A stretch of DNA of 30,926 nt from contig SPCO01000001.1 of the NCBI GenBank assembly GCA_004525275.1, positions 1 through 30,926 on the forward strand, in the 5' to 3' direction. The stretch's first letter is position 1; each line of letters begins with the position of its first letter. The notes beneath the pieces were generated by a model, which saw only the letters and a list, made by a program, of their open reading frames with translations, ran no database searches and had not been told where the DNA came from. Shown here in pieces: positions 9,389 to 21,236 of this stretch. Source of the DNA: Thermomicrobiales bacterium. Its GTDB lineage: Bacteria > Chloroflexota > Limnocylindria > Limnocylindrales > CSP1-4. Both the position numbers and the translations under genes were made by a program.

Positions 9389-11562
9389 ATGGCCGCGACC
9401 GATGCCAGGGCACCCGCCGACCCCATAGCGGCTCCGCACGCTCGGCGAGCCAGCCGCCCCGAGGTCGAATTCCCGTACCTCAATCGAGAGCTGTCCTGGC
9501 TCGAGTTCAATGCCCGAGTCCTGCACGAAGCGAAGGACGAACGCAACCCGCTATTGGAGCGGGTGAAGTTCCTGGCCATCTTCGCGGGCAACCTCGACGA
9601 GTTTTTCCAGGTCCGTATCGCCGGCCTGCGCCAGCAGGTCGAGGCCGGAAAGGTCAAGCGATCGCCCGATGGCCGGACCGCCGAGGAACAGCTGGCTGCC
9701 GCGCGCGAGCGGGTCCTCGAGCTGGTCGGCGACCACTCATCGATCTACGTTTCGGTCCGACGGGCGCTCGCCGGCGAGGGCGTCGAATTGTTGGACTACG
9801 CGGCCATCCCGGAACACCACGATTCGCTCCGGCAGCGCTATCTCGATGAGATCTTCCCGGTCCTGACCCCACTCGCCGTCGATCCCGGGCACCCGTTCCC
9901 GTACATCTCGACCTTGAGCCTGTCGATCGCTGTCGGCCTGCGCGACCGCGAGTCGGGGGAACGTGCATTCGCCCGGGTCAAGGTCCCCCAGATCCTGCCC
10001 CGGCTGCTGGAAGTCGGTCCGTCGCAGTTCGTGCTGCTCGATCAGGTCATCGAGGCCAATCTCGACACGCTCTTCAGCGGGATGGAGGTCGAAGAACACC
10101 ACCTCTTCCGGGTCACCCGAAACGCCGATTTCGAGATCGAGGAAGACGAGGCCGATGATCTCCTCCTGGCCATCGAAGAGGAACTTCGGCGGAGACGCTT
10201 TGGCGCCGCGGTCCGACTCGAAGTCGAGCGGTCGATGCCCGAGGCGACCCGCGCCCTGCTCCTGCGCGGTCTTGGCCTTGGCGAGGACGATCTGTACGAC
10301 ATCAGTGGGATGCTCGACCTCACCGGCCTGTGGGCGATCGCGGAGCTCGATCGGCCGGACCTCAAACCCGCGCCGTGGTCGCCGGTGACGCCACCCAGAC
10401 TCGTGCCACATGACGAAGACGAGCCCGCCGATGTCTTTACCGCCATCCGGGCCGGGGACATTCTCGTCCATCATCCGTACGAGTCATTCGTCGCGTCTGT
10501 GGAGCGGTTCATCGCGCAGGCCGCAGACGATCCAGACGTCCTGACGATCAAGCAGACGCTCTATCGAACTTCGGGCGACTCGGCCATCGTCCAGTCGCTC
10601 ATCCGGGCGGCCGAGCGCGGCAAGCAAGTGGTGGTCCTGGTCGAGATCAAGGCCCGCTTCGACGAGGAGGCGAACATCGTCTGGGCGCGCAAGCTGGAGC
10701 GAGCTGGCGCCCATGTCGTCTACGGGCTGGTCGGTCTCAAGACGCATTCGAAGACCCTGCTCGTCGTGCGCCGCGAGGGAACCGGCCTGCGTCGATACGT
10801 GCACATCGGGACGGGCAACTACAACCCAAAGACCGCCCGCCTGTATGTCGACATCGGACTCCTGACCAGCCGGCCGGAGATCGGCGCGGATGTGACCGAC
10901 TTGTTCAACAACCTGACCGGCCTGTCGCGCCAGCGTACGTTCCGGCGCCTGCTCGTCGCGCCGCACAGCCTGCGCTCGCGGTTCCTCGAACTCGTCGAAC
11001 GCGAGATCGGCCATGCCAAGGCCGGTCGACCGGCGCGGATCGTCTTGAAGCTCAACGCCATCGTCGATATCGCGGTCATCGAAGCGCTCTATCGAGCATC
11101 ACAAGCGGGTGTCGATGTCGAACTCATCATCCGCGGCGCCTGTTCCATCCAGCCCGGGCTGCCCGGTGTCTCCGACCGCATCCGGGTCCGCTCGATCATC
11201 GGCGAGTTCCTCGAGCACTCGCGGATCTGGAGCTTTGACAATGGCGGGCAGCGCGACTGGTACATCGGCTCGGCGGACCTGATGGACCGCAATCTCGATC
11301 GGCGGATCGAGGCCGTCGCCCCGGTGGAGGATCATGATGCGCAGACCCGGCTCGCCGAGATCATCGACGTGATGCTCGCGGATGACCGTCGGTCGTGGCA
11401 GCTCCAACCTGATGCGACCTGGGTCCGAACCGAGACGCTTGAAGGGCGGGATGGCACGATCGACACGTTCGAGGTCCTCAAGGAAGACGCCCTGGAGCAC
11501 GGCAGTGTCGCCGGGTCGCCAGCGCCGGTCGGCGCTCCGGCCGGTTCCCTGGACCCACGAGC

Positions 11563-11566
<4 letters not shown>
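9389..11566 (+). CDS. ppk1: Polyphosphate kinase 1, ~725 aa
   Basis: NRELSWLEFNARVL, NLDEFFQVR, VDPGHPFPYIS, LVHHPYESF (phospho-His), ELKARFDE-like VEIKARFDEE, LKTHSK, HIGTGNYN, FLEHSR, IGSADLMDRNLDRRIE. Start ATG 9389 inferred. Confidence 0.97.
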
Positions 11567-13413
<1,847 letters not shown>

Positions 13414-14376
13414 TCAGGCGTGCCAGCCGATGACCAACTCGGCGAGGCGATCGCGCCAGCCGATCCCGACGTGATCGGCCGCGAGAATGGCGCCTTCCCG
13501 GATCCCCGCCTCGGAAACCCGGACCTCATCGATGCCGTAGCGCTCCATGATCGCGTCCATGATCGCCCCGCCGGCGGCGAGGAGCCGGGCGCGGATGGGT
13601 TTGACCAGGTGGCGCTCGGAGATCGTTGCGGCCGACTCCGATTCAAGGATCGCCTGGACGGCCCGCAGCCGCGCCCGGGTCAGCCGGCCATCGAGCGCGG
13701 CCTCCGGCAGGATCTTGAGCAGGTTCGAGGCCGTCCCGGCTACCGCCACGATCTCGTCCGGGCGCGCCGCCGGGGCGTCCGCGATGATCGCTCGGGCCGC
13801 CGCGTGCATCTCGGCGACCTCGGTCGGCGCCGGCGGGTCGTGGCGGACGAACCGGTCGGTCAGGCGAGCCGACCCAAGTTGCAACCCGGCAGCCAGGGCC
13901 GGCCGGATCGGATCGACCACGCAGAATTCTGAACTGCCACCGCCGACATCGACGACGAGCATCTGGTGGGTCGCGGGCAGGCCCTCGGTGACGCCGATGA
14001 GCATGAGGTAGGCCTCCTCCTCATGCGAGAGCACGTGAAGGGCCGAACCCGACGCCACGCCCACTTCCTGGACGATCGTGGCGGCATCGGCAGCCCGCCG
14101 GATCGGCTCGGTGCCGAGGACCGTGACGCTCTCAGCGCCCAGACTGCGGGCGACCTCGGCGTACTGGACCAGTGTGGCCGTCAGCTCCGCCCGCGAATCT
14201 GGGCCAAGGTAGCCGCGCTCCACGACCGCTGAGCCAAGCCCCAGGAAAACCGATTCATCGAGCAGGGGCAAGAGTCGGTGGCCGGCCAGCCCGGCCACCA
14301 GGAGATGGACCGAGTTCGAGCCGATATCGACGGTCGCCCCGACGTGGCGGGTTTCGGTTGTCAGAGCGTCGGACAC
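13414..14376 (-). CDS. ppx: Ppx/GppA family exopolyphosphatase, short form without HD domain, 320 aa
   Basis: DIGSNS, LSHEEEA, DVGGGSSE, LQLGS, AGTASN and GIREG motifs; CAGACT hexamer 6 nt before the GTG. Confidence 0.9.
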   Translation of the reverse strand: MSDALTTETRHVGATVDIGSNSVHLLVAGLAGHRLLPLLDESVFLGLGSAVVERGYLGPDSRAELTATLVQYAEVARSLGAESVTVLGTEPIRRAADAATIVQEVGVASGSALHVLSHEEEAYLMLIGVTEGLPATHQMLVVDVGGGSSEFCVVDPIRPALAAGLQLGSARLTDRFVRHDPPAPTEVAEMHAAARAIIADAPAARPDEIVAVAGTASNLLKILPEAALDGRLTRARLRAVQAILESESAATISERHLVKPIRARLLAAGGAIMDAIMERYGIDEVRVSEAGIREGAILAADHVGIGWRDRLAELVIGWHA

Positions 14377-14431
14377 CAGCCAAGTCTGACACGCTGAGTG
14401 CCGGGTCCGTACGCGACGCGAGATCCATCGC

Positions 14432-14437
14432 TATCCT
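14432..14437 (+). promoter_or_regulatory. Putative -10 element TATCCT of crcB-DUF190
   Basis: TATCCT 9 nt before ATG 14447. Confidence 0.5.
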
Positions 14438-14446
14438 CCTGAGGAC

Positions 14447-14818
14447 ATGGCCCTTATCCTCATCGGCCTTGGCGGTTTCGCCGGGTCGATCTCTCGCTAC
14501 CTCGTCGACGGCTTCGTCACGGACCGGACGGCGGGCGGGTTCCCATGGGGCACCCTCGTGGTCAACGCGACCGGATCGTTCCTGCTCGGTGTGCTCTTCG
14601 CGATGACCGCCGACCGGGCGATTCTGCCAGCTGAGATCCGCGGTCCGCTGATGATCGGGTTCATCGGGGCCTACACGACGTTTTCGACCTACATGCTCGA
14701 GTCCTGGGGGTTGATCGAGAACGGATCCTGGTCGCTCGCCGTCGCGAACCTCGGAGGTTCCATGCTTGTCGGCCTGATCGCTGTGGCCGCGGGCCTGGTC
14801 GTCGGGCGGGCCGTCTGA
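14447..14818 (+). CDS. crcB: Fluoride efflux channel FluC/CrcB, 123 aa
   Basis: GGFAGSISRY, FPWGTLVVNATGSF and GFIGAYTTFST motifs; four hydrophobic helices. Confidence 0.95.
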   Translation: MALILIGLGGFAGSISRYLVDGFVTDRTAGGFPWGTLVVNATGSFLLGVLFAMTADRAILPAEIRGPLMIGFIGAYTTFSTYMLESWGLIENGSWSLAVANLGGSMLVGLIAVAAGLVVGRAV

Positions 14819-15168
14819 TGCGGATCGACGGTCCTTCCCTGCGCGCCCGTATCTACATCGGGGAGGCCGACCATCACGAGGGCAAGCCGCTCTTCCAGGC
14901 GATCGTCGCCCTGCTTCGGGAGCGCAAGGTTGCCGGGGCAACCGTCCTGCGCGGGATCGAAGGCTTCGGAGCCAGCACACATCTTCACACGACGCGTCTG
15001 CTGCGGCTGGCTGAGGATCTGCCGATCGTCATCGAGGTCGTTGACCAGGAAGACCGGCTTCGCGCGTTGCTCCCTGAACTCGACGCCATGGTCGGCGACG
15101 GTCTGATCACGCTCGAGGAGGTCGAGGTCCACACCTACCGCGCGAGCGGGGCGACGACCCGCCACTGA
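14818..15168 (+). CDS. DUF190 (PII-like) protein, 116 aa
   Basis: RIYIGE, GATVLRGIEGFG, DLPIVIEVVD; TGATG coupling to crcB, its usual partner. Confidence 0.9.
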   Translation: MRIDGPSLRARIYIGEADHHEGKPLFQAIVALLRERKVAGATVLRGIEGFGASTHLHTTRLLRLAEDLPIVIEVVDQEDRLRALLPELDAMVGDGLITLEEVEVHTYRASGATTRH

Positions 15169-15221
15169 CGTCTCGCCGACCAGCGTCCGAGGATGGGCGG
15201 GTCGCCTTCGCCCGGGGTCAT

Positions 15222-15276
15222 GTTAATCATCCATTAACCCGGCGCGAAACGTCCGTTGACGGGGCCGTCCGATGGT
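15222..15276 (+). promoter_or_regulatory. Putative PHO box (11-nt-spaced half-sites) and -10 of the pst operon
   Basis: GTTAAT 15222, ATTAAC 15233, GCGAAA 15244 and GTTGAC 15255 are all 11 nt apart; GATGGT lies 10 nt after the last half-site. Confidence 0.6.
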
Positions 15277-15353
15277 TGGGCTGGCCAGTCCTCGGGGACT
15301 GCCCCATGTCGATCGCGTGTCTTGCACACGGCTATCAGGAGGACCGGACTACC

Positions 15354-16367
15354 GTGACGCTATCCAGAAACCGCTGGCTCGGGGCGGTCGCCCTGATCGC
15401 CCTGATCGTGTTGAGCGCCTGTTCCAGCTCTGCGAACACGACCGCGCCAGATTCGACGCCCGGAAGCATCAATGTCTCCGGTTCCTCGACCGTCGAACCG
15501 ATCTCGACCGGTGTCGCGGAGAGGTACAAGCTGGCCAACAGCGGCTTCAACTACAAGATCACCGGACCCGGAACCGGCGATGGCTTCAAGGTCTTCTGCA
15601 CCGGTGAGACCGACATCAGCGATGCCTCGCGGAAGATCAAGGACGAAGAAGCTGCCACCTGCGCGGCCGCGGGCATCGAGTACACCGAGCTGAAGATCGC
15701 CATCGATGGCATGACCGTGATGACCTCGCCGGAGAACAGCGCGGTGACCTGTCTGTCGTTCCCCGACCTGTACGCATTGACCGGACCCGAGTCGACCGGA
15801 TTCGACAACTGGACCGACGCATCGGCGCTGGCCGCGTCGCTCGGTTCGAACACGGTGTTCCCGAATGCCGATCTGTCGATCACCGGGCCGGGTGAGGAGT
15901 CGGGAACCTACGACAGCTACGTCGAGCTCGTCATCACGCCGATCGCATCCAAGATGGATCCGCCGCAGGAGAGCTTCTCGCGCCCCGACTACGTGGCCAG
16001 CGGCAACGACAACGCGATCATCACCGGGGTGGCTGGCTCGCCGACCTCGCTCGGCTGGGTGGGCTTTGCCTTCGCCCAGGAGAACCAGGACAAGATCAAG
16101 GAGCTCGCGCTGGCCAAGGAACCCAACGGGACCTGTATCGTGCCGACCGAGGCCACGATCTCCGATGGGACGTATCCGCTGTCGCGAAGCCTGTACATTT
16201 ACGTCAACAACGCCAAGGCCGCTGAGAACCCGGCGGTGACGGACTACGTCGACTACTACCTTGCAGAAGGGACGATCTCGACGGTCCTGGAGACGGTCCC
16301 GTACGTCAACCTCGCCGCGGACCAGTTGGCCGAGACCCGGGCGACCTGGGAAGCCGCCAAGCCATAG
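15354..16367 (+). CDS. pstS: Phosphate ABC transporter substrate-binding lipoprotein, ~337 aa
   Basis: AGGAGG at 15337-15342 then GTG; lipobox LSAC; SGSSTV, GTGDGF, DASRKIK, ESGTYD and YPLSRSLYIY motifs. Confidence 0.93.
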   Translation: MTLSRNRWLGAVALIALIVLSACSSSANTTAPDSTPGSINVSGSSTVEPISTGVAERYKLANSGFNYKITGPGTGDGFKVFCTGETDISDASRKIKDEEAATCAAAGIEYTELKIAIDGMTVMTSPENSAVTCLSFPDLYALTGPESTGFDNWTDASALAASLGSNTVFPNADLSITGPGEESGTYDSYVELVITPIASKMDPPQESFSRPDYVASGNDNAIITGVAGSPTSLGWVGFAFAQENQDKIKELALAKEPNGTCIVPTEATISDGTYPLSRSLYIYVNNAKAAENPAVTDYVDYYLAEGTISTVLETVPYVNLAADQLAETRATWEAAKP

Positions 16368-16453
16368 TCCTCAGTCGTGGTTCATCAATCCCCGGGAGCC
16401 ATACACGTCTGTGAGACGCATCGGACGATCACGATCGAGCATCAGGTGAACAG

Positions 16454-17383
16454 GTGACCGCGTCGGCAGCCCCAGGCGGCAGTCTGTTGCGCGGCAGCCG
16501 GCGCCGGCGACGCAATGAAGCAGCGGTGCGCGGCGCGCTCTTTGCGGCCGCGGCACTGTCGATCCTGATCAGCGTCGGGATCGTCCTTTCGCTCGTCTTC
16601 GAGGCTGTTTCGTTCCTCTCCCAGATCGAACTCTCGCAACTCGTCGCCCCAGGCTGGTTCCCACGGCGCGGGATGTTCTCGATCGCGACCGTGGTCGTCG
16701 GGACCCTGATCGTCACCGTCATCGCGATGACCATCGCGGCCCCGGTCGGTCTGGGTAGCGCGATCTACCTGTCCGAATATGCGACGCCGAGGGTCCGCGG
16801 GATCGTCAAACCGATCCTCGAGATCCTCGCCGGCATCCCGAGCGTCGTGCTCGGCTTCTTCGCCTTGACCTGGATCAGCCCCAACATCGTGCAGAACCTG
16901 TTCCCGGAAGCAAAAGGCTTCAGCCTCATGGCCGCCGGCATCGGGGTCGGCGTCCTGACCATCCCGCTGGTGGCGTCGATCTCGGAGGACGCGATGCGGG
17001 CGGTCCCGAACGCTCTGCGCGAGGCGTCGTACGGACTCGGATCGCGCCGGCTCACCACGTCGGTTCGGGTGATCGTGCCGGCGGCGATCTCCGGCATCGT
17101 GGCCGCACTGATCCTGGCAACATCACGGGCCATCGGCGAAACGATGGTCGTGGCGCTCGCCGCCGGGGCCAGTGGCGGCTCATTGTTCACGGTCGACCCG
17201 CTCGGGCCAGGCCAGACCCTGACGGCCGCCATGGCATCGTTGGCCGCAGGCAGCGACCAGGTCGCCGGGGCCAACGCGGCCTTTCAGAGCCTGTTCTTCC
17301 TCGGGCTCCTGTTGTTCCTCATGACGCTCGTGTTGAACGTGATCGCGGACACGTTCGTCCGGCGCACCCGTCAGAAGTATTGA
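16454..17383 (+). CDS. pstC: Phosphate ABC transporter permease, 309 aa
   Basis: GTL, AIYLSEYA, LEILAGIPSVVLG, EDAMRAVP, REASYGLG, RAIGETM. Confidence 0.95.
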   Translation: MTASAAPGGSLLRGSRRRRRNEAAVRGALFAAAALSILISVGIVLSLVFEAVSFLSQIELSQLVAPGWFPRRGMFSIATVVVGTLIVTVIAMTIAAPVGLGSAIYLSEYATPRVRGIVKPILEILAGIPSVVLGFFALTWISPNIVQNLFPEAKGFSLMAAGIGVGVLTIPLVASISEDAMRAVPNALREASYGLGSRRLTTSVRVIVPAAISGIVAALILATSRAIGETMVVALAAGASGGSLFTVDPLGPGQTLTAAMASLAAGSDQVAGANAAFQSLFFLGLLLFLMTLVLNVIADTFVRRTRQKY

Positions 17384-18318
17384 GTGCCGATGTGAACGCC
17401 CCCTCCGCCGTCCTCGGGAGCCGCGACCGATCTGTCCGGCGGGACGGCATCGACATCCGCGGACTCTTGTTTGCCGGGTTCCTGCTTCTCGCCCTGCTCT
17501 TCTCGCTCGCGATCCTGACCGTCCTCGTGGGGTCGCAGGTAGTCCAAGGCTTCCCGGTCTTCGCCGAACGTGGCATAGATTTCCTGACTTCGGACCTGGC
17601 CAGCAACCCGGCCAACGCTGGCGTCGCCCAGGGCATCGTCGGGACGGCCCTGCTTGTCGTCGTCGTGGCCGTCCTTGCATTCCCGGTCGGGATCATGACC
17701 GCGCTGTACCTGGAGGAATACGCGGGCGACACCGCGCTGGCCCGGTTCATCAATATCAACGTCCGGAATCTGGCGGGCGTCCCATCCGTCGTGTACGGGA
17801 TCCTGGGATTGGCCGTCTTCGTGACGCTCCTGGCGGTTCTCGGCGACGGCGACGGCAAGACGATCCTGTCCGGCGGCCTGACCCTCGCCGTGTTGGTCCT
17901 GCCATTGGTCATCATCACCTCGGCCGAGGCGATCCGGGCCGTCCCGGATGCGCTCCGTGAAGCTGGCTTCGGACTCGGAGGATCACGCTGGCAGGTCATC
18001 CGCCAGCTCATCCTGCCCGCGGCGGCGCCTGGGATCCTCACGGGCACGGTCCTGGCTCTGTCGCGAGCCATCGGTGAGACGGCAGTGCTCATCCTGGTCG
18101 GTGCCGTCCTGGGTTCGTTCTCAACGAACGGCAGTCTCGGAGCGCTGCTCACGGGTCCGTATACCGCCCTCCCGGCCATCGTCTTTGATTGGGCTCGTAA
18201 GCCCGGGCCAGCTTTCCAGGCAGACACGTCGGCGGCCATCATCGTGTTGCTCGCGATCACCATCCTCGCCAATGCCATGGCCGTCGTCCTGCGTAACCGG
18301 TACGAGCGGAAGTGGTGA
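17380..18318 (+). CDS. pstA: Phosphate ABC transporter permease, 312 aa
   Basis: [34 protein letters not shown]; TTG start overlaps the pstC stop. Confidence 0.94.
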   Translation: MSADVNAPSAVLGSRDRSVRRDGIDIRGLLFAGFLLLALLFSLAILTVLVGSQVVQGFPVFAERGIDFLTSDLASNPANAGVAQGIVGTALLVVVVAVLAFPVGIMTALYLEEYAGDTALARFININVRNLAGVPSVVYGILGLAVFVTLLAVLGDGDGKTILSGGLTLAVLVLPLVIITSAEAIRAVPDALREAGFGLGGSRWQVIRQLILPAAAPGILTGTVLALSRAIGETAVLILVGAVLGSFSTNGSLGALLTGPYTALPAIVFDWARKPGPAFQADTSAAIIVLLAITILANAMAVVLRNRYERKW

Positions 18319-18322
18319 CCTG

Positions 18323-19189
18323 ATGAATGGAGTTCCCGTGACGACGACGTCCAGCGAAGGTCCGGCGCCGGCCGGCCCCGATCCGGTCCTGGAAGCAGAC
18401 ACGGCGGAGCCGGCGGCATCGGTCGCACCGGCGGTCGTGCGCCTCAGGGACGTCGGTCTGTTCTATGGAGAGTTCCGGGCGGTCAAGGGAGTCTCCTTTG
18501 ACGTCCCGACCCATCAGATCACGTCGATCATCGGGCCCTCGGGTAGCGGGAAGTCAACCCTCCTGCGCTCGATCAATCGGATGAACGATCTCATCGCGGG
18601 GACCCGGATGGAAGGCGAGATCCTGTACCACGAGGAGAACCTGTATGCCTCATACGTGGACCCGGTCGAGGTCCGTCGGCGGATCGGGATGGTCTTCCAG
18701 AAGCCCAACCCGTTCCCAAAGTCGATCTACGACAATGTCGCCTTCGGGCCCAGGTTGAATGGCTTCAAGGGCGACCTCGACGGTTTGGTCGAACAGAGCT
18801 TGCGGCGAGCGGCGATCTGGGACGAGGTCAAGGACAAGCTCAAGCAGTCCGGTCTGACGTTGTCCGGCGGCCAGCAGCAGCGACTGTGCATCGCGCGTGC
18901 CATCGCGACGGATCCAGAAGTCATCCTCATGGACGAGCCCTGCTCGGCGCTGGACCCGCGGGCGACGCTCCAGATCGAACAACTGATGGCCGAGATCAAG
19001 GAGCGCTACACGATCGTCATCGTGACCCACAACATGCAGCAGGCAGCGCGGGCGTCGGACCGGACGGTCTTCCTGAACATGGCCGAGGACCGCGCCGGAT
19101 ACATCGTCGAACAGGGCGAGACCGCACAGATCTTCACGAACCCGACGCACCAGATGACCGAGGACTATGTATCGGGCCGGTTCGGTTGA
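18323..19189 (+). CDS. pstB: Phosphate ABC transporter ATP-binding protein, ~288 aa
   Basis: [63 protein letters not shown]. Confidence 0.97.
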   Translation: MNGVPVTTTSSEGPAPAGPDPVLEADTAEPAASVAPAVVRLRDVGLFYGEFRAVKGVSFDVPTHQITSIIGPSGSGKSTLLRSINRMNDLIAGTRMEGEILYHEENLYASYVDPVEVRRRIGMVFQKPNPFPKSIYDNVAFGPRLNGFKGDLDGLVEQSLRRAAIWDEVKDKLKQSGLTLSGGQQQRLCIARAIATDPEVILMDEPCSALDPRATLQIEQLMAEIKERYTIVIVTHNMQQAARASDRTVFLNMAEDRAGYIVEQGETAQIFTNPTHQMTEDYVSGRFG

Positions 19190-19238
19190 AACCAACGGGG
19201 GCATGATGCGTGAAGATCCACTCATGGAGGACATCGTG

Positions 19239-19958
19239 ATGGACGGACAGGGCGACGCTCCGCAGGGCGCGACAGTTGCCGAGGCAGGCAGCGTGCCACC
19301 CGCCCCACGCGGGCCACTCGACCGCGACGAAGATCTCATCCGGGATGCAGTCCTCCGAATGGGTGCCCTGGTCGAGGCCGCGATCCGAGCGGCGAGTCGG
19401 GCGCTGGTCGCCCACGACGCCGCGATGGCGCTCGATGTGGTCAAGAGCGACGCTGTCATCAACGACGCCCAGCGCGAGCTATCGCGGCTGATCTCGGTCA
19501 CGATCGCCACCCAGCAACCGGTCGCCCGCGACCTGCGCTACCTGATGACCCTCGACCACGTGACCTATGAGCTCGAGCGGATCGCCGACCATGCCGCGTC
19601 GGTGGCAAAGGCCGTCATCAAGCTCGCGCCCCACCCGCCGCTCCAGCAATACGTCCACCTCCCGGAGATGGCCGAGCGTGCGGCAGTGCTCGTCCATGGC
19701 GTCCTCCTGGCCCTCGTCGACTCGAACGCCGACAAGGCCCGCGAGATCGCGGTGCAGGATGACGAGATCGATCGGCTGTACCACGCCACGTTCGACGAGG
19801 TTGTCGAGCTGATGCGAGCCGATCCGGCCAACGTCGAGCGCGGCACCCGGATCGTCATCGCATCGCACTACCTCGAGCGCATCGGAGATCGGGCGACGAA
19901 CATCGCCGAGGACGTGGTCTACCTCGTGACCGGCGATGTCGAGGATCTCAACCCCTGA
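19239..19958 (+). CDS. phoU: Phosphate signalling/uptake regulator, ~239 aa
   Basis: QQPVARDLR, ELERIADHA, DDEIDRLY, YLERIGDRATNIAE. Start chosen from GGAGG at 19226-19230. Confidence 0.95.
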   Translation: MDGQGDAPQGATVAEAGSVPPAPRGPLDRDEDLIRDAVLRMGALVEAAIRAASRALVAHDAAMALDVVKSDAVINDAQRELSRLISVTIATQQPVARDLRYLMTLDHVTYELERIADHAASVAKAVIKLAPHPPLQQYVHLPEMAERAAVLVHGVLLALVDSNADKAREIAVQDDEIDRLYHATFDEVVELMRADPANVERGTRIVIASHYLERIGDRATNIAEDVVYLVTGDVEDLNP

Positions 19959-19974
19959 TGCGGAGGTTCGCGAA

Positions 19975-20460
19975 GTGACCGAGCTCTATGTCCTGCGCCA
20001 CGCGCACGCCGGCGATCCATCAGGGTGGACCGGCGATGACGACGATCGGCCATTGTCCGACAAGGGCGAGCGCCAGGCCGAGCGTCTGGGTCGGTTCCTC
20101 GAGCGCATCGGCTTCGTGCCGGACGCCATCATCAGCTCGCCAAAGACTCGCGCGGCGCAGACCGCCGAGATCCTAGCCGCCCAGCTCGGAGTCGAATACA
20201 GCCTCGACCCCCGGCTCGCCGGGGAAGTCGAGGTGGCAACCGTCGATGACATCCTGCGCGACGCCAGAGATCCCGCGAGGCTGGTCATCGTCGGACACGA
20301 CCCGGACTTCTCAGACCTCGTCGGCCAACTGTCCGGGGCAACCGGGATCACCATGCGCAAGGGTTCGATGGCCCGGATCGATGTCGTGCGACCGCTGGCC
20401 GCTGGTCGGGCGGCGTTTCGGTGGCTGCTACCGCCTGATCTGCTCAAGCCGGACCACTGA
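19975..20460 (+). CDS. sixA: Phosphohistidine phosphatase SixA-like, ~161 aa
   Basis: LRHAHA, DRPLSDKG, SSPKTRAAQTA, VGHDP; GGAGG at 19962-19966 precedes GTG 19975. Confidence 0.88.
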   Translation: MTELYVLRHAHAGDPSGWTGDDDDRPLSDKGERQAERLGRFLERIGFVPDAIISSPKTRAAQTAEILAAQLGVEYSLDPRLAGEVEVATVDDILRDARDPARLVIVGHDPDFSDLVGQLSGATGITMRKGSMARIDVVRPLAAGRAAFRWLLPPDLLKPDH

Positions 20461-20490
20461 TCGACCAGGCCCCGGCCGATCAGCGCTGGT

Positions 20491-21159
20491 TCAGGCAGCG
20501 ACCGCAGCGCCTGTGACACAGACGGCCGAGACGCCAATGCGGGCGAGACGATCGTACGTCGGTCGCTGACGGACCGGCCAGGCTACAACCTCGAGATCCG
20601 CGGCCTTGGCCACCCGGACGGCTCCCGGGTCGATCGACTGCCAGTGGATCGCGACCGCCGTACAGCGCAGGTCCTTGGCCACTGCCGCGACGACGCTGTC
20701 GAGCTGGTTGGCGACAAGCCAGCGTGGCCAGCGCGGAGCGAGGCGAGCGATCGCCTCCAGCGCCTCCGGCTCGAACGACGAGACAGCCGAACGATCGAGA
20801 TCCGGCCCGCGCCCGGCCACCATGACCTCGACGACCGCGGACCCAAGATCCGCCTTCAGCTCCACGTCCAGAAAGGCCCGCCGGCCTGCCGCCGCCAATA
20901 CCTCCTGCAGCGAGGGCACGCCGATCTCTTGGAGCGCGGCCGCCGTCAGCTCATCGACACGCTCCGGACGGCCGTGAATCCGGAGCAAGTCCGGATCGTG
21001 ATAGACGACCGGCACGCCATCGCTCGAAAGGCGAACGTCGAATTCGATCCCGTCGCAGGCCGGGTTCGCGATGGCCGCATCGAAGGCGGCGATCGTGTTC
21101 TCGGGAGCGCGACGGTGGTCGCCCCGATGGGCCAGGCGGAGCGGTCGTGCCTCCGTCAC
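20491..21159 (-). CDS. Glycerophosphodiester phosphodiesterase (GlpQ/UgpQ family), 222 aa
   Basis: AHRG, PENT, IEFDVR, VVYHD, DVELK and SSF motifs. Confidence 0.9.
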   Translation of the reverse strand: MTEARPLRLAHRGDHRRAPENTIAAFDAAIANPACDGIEFDVRLSSDGVPVVYHDPDLLRIHGRPERVDELTAAALQEIGVPSLQEVLAAAGRRAFLDVELKADLGSAVVEVMVAGRGPDLDRSAVSSFEPEALEAIARLAPRWPRWLVANQLDSVVAAVAKDLRCTAVAIHWQSIDPGAVRVAKAADLEVVAWPVRQRPTYDRLARIGVSAVCVTGAAVAA

Positions 21160-21167
21160 GTGACGGA
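21152..21167. repeat. Perfect 16-bp palindrome TCCGTCACGTGACGGA spanning the phosphodiesterase start codon
   Basis: Sequence equals its own reverse complement. Confidence 0.9.
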
Positions 21168-21236
21168 CGGCTCCCGACCGCTGGTATCCAGCTTCGCGAC
21201 GGGAAGTCGATTCATCGGGCTCCTCGGTCTTCGGTG

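Noticed and set aside
8880-9413. 178-aa N-terminal extension of the P-type ATPase ORF
   Set aside because: Antisense to the DUF971 gene and the ppk1 start; ATG 8879 gives a typical length.
9348-9428. 26-codon uORF overlapping the ppk1 start out of frame
   Set aside because: No SD or leaderless geometry and no telling composition; probably chance.
14418-14431. GCGATGGATCTCGC hairpin (minus) resembling the fluoride riboswitch 5' stem
   Set aside because: Wrong strand for crcB and lacks the downstream GCUxAUGAC pseudoknot partner.
14255-14440. AGGAGG plus ATG (14428, minus) upstream of ppx but out of frame; possible frameshifted true start
   Set aside because: The apparent SD is the complement of the crcB -10/spacer (TATCCTCCT); ppx has all N-terminal motifs from GTG 14376 and its own -10.
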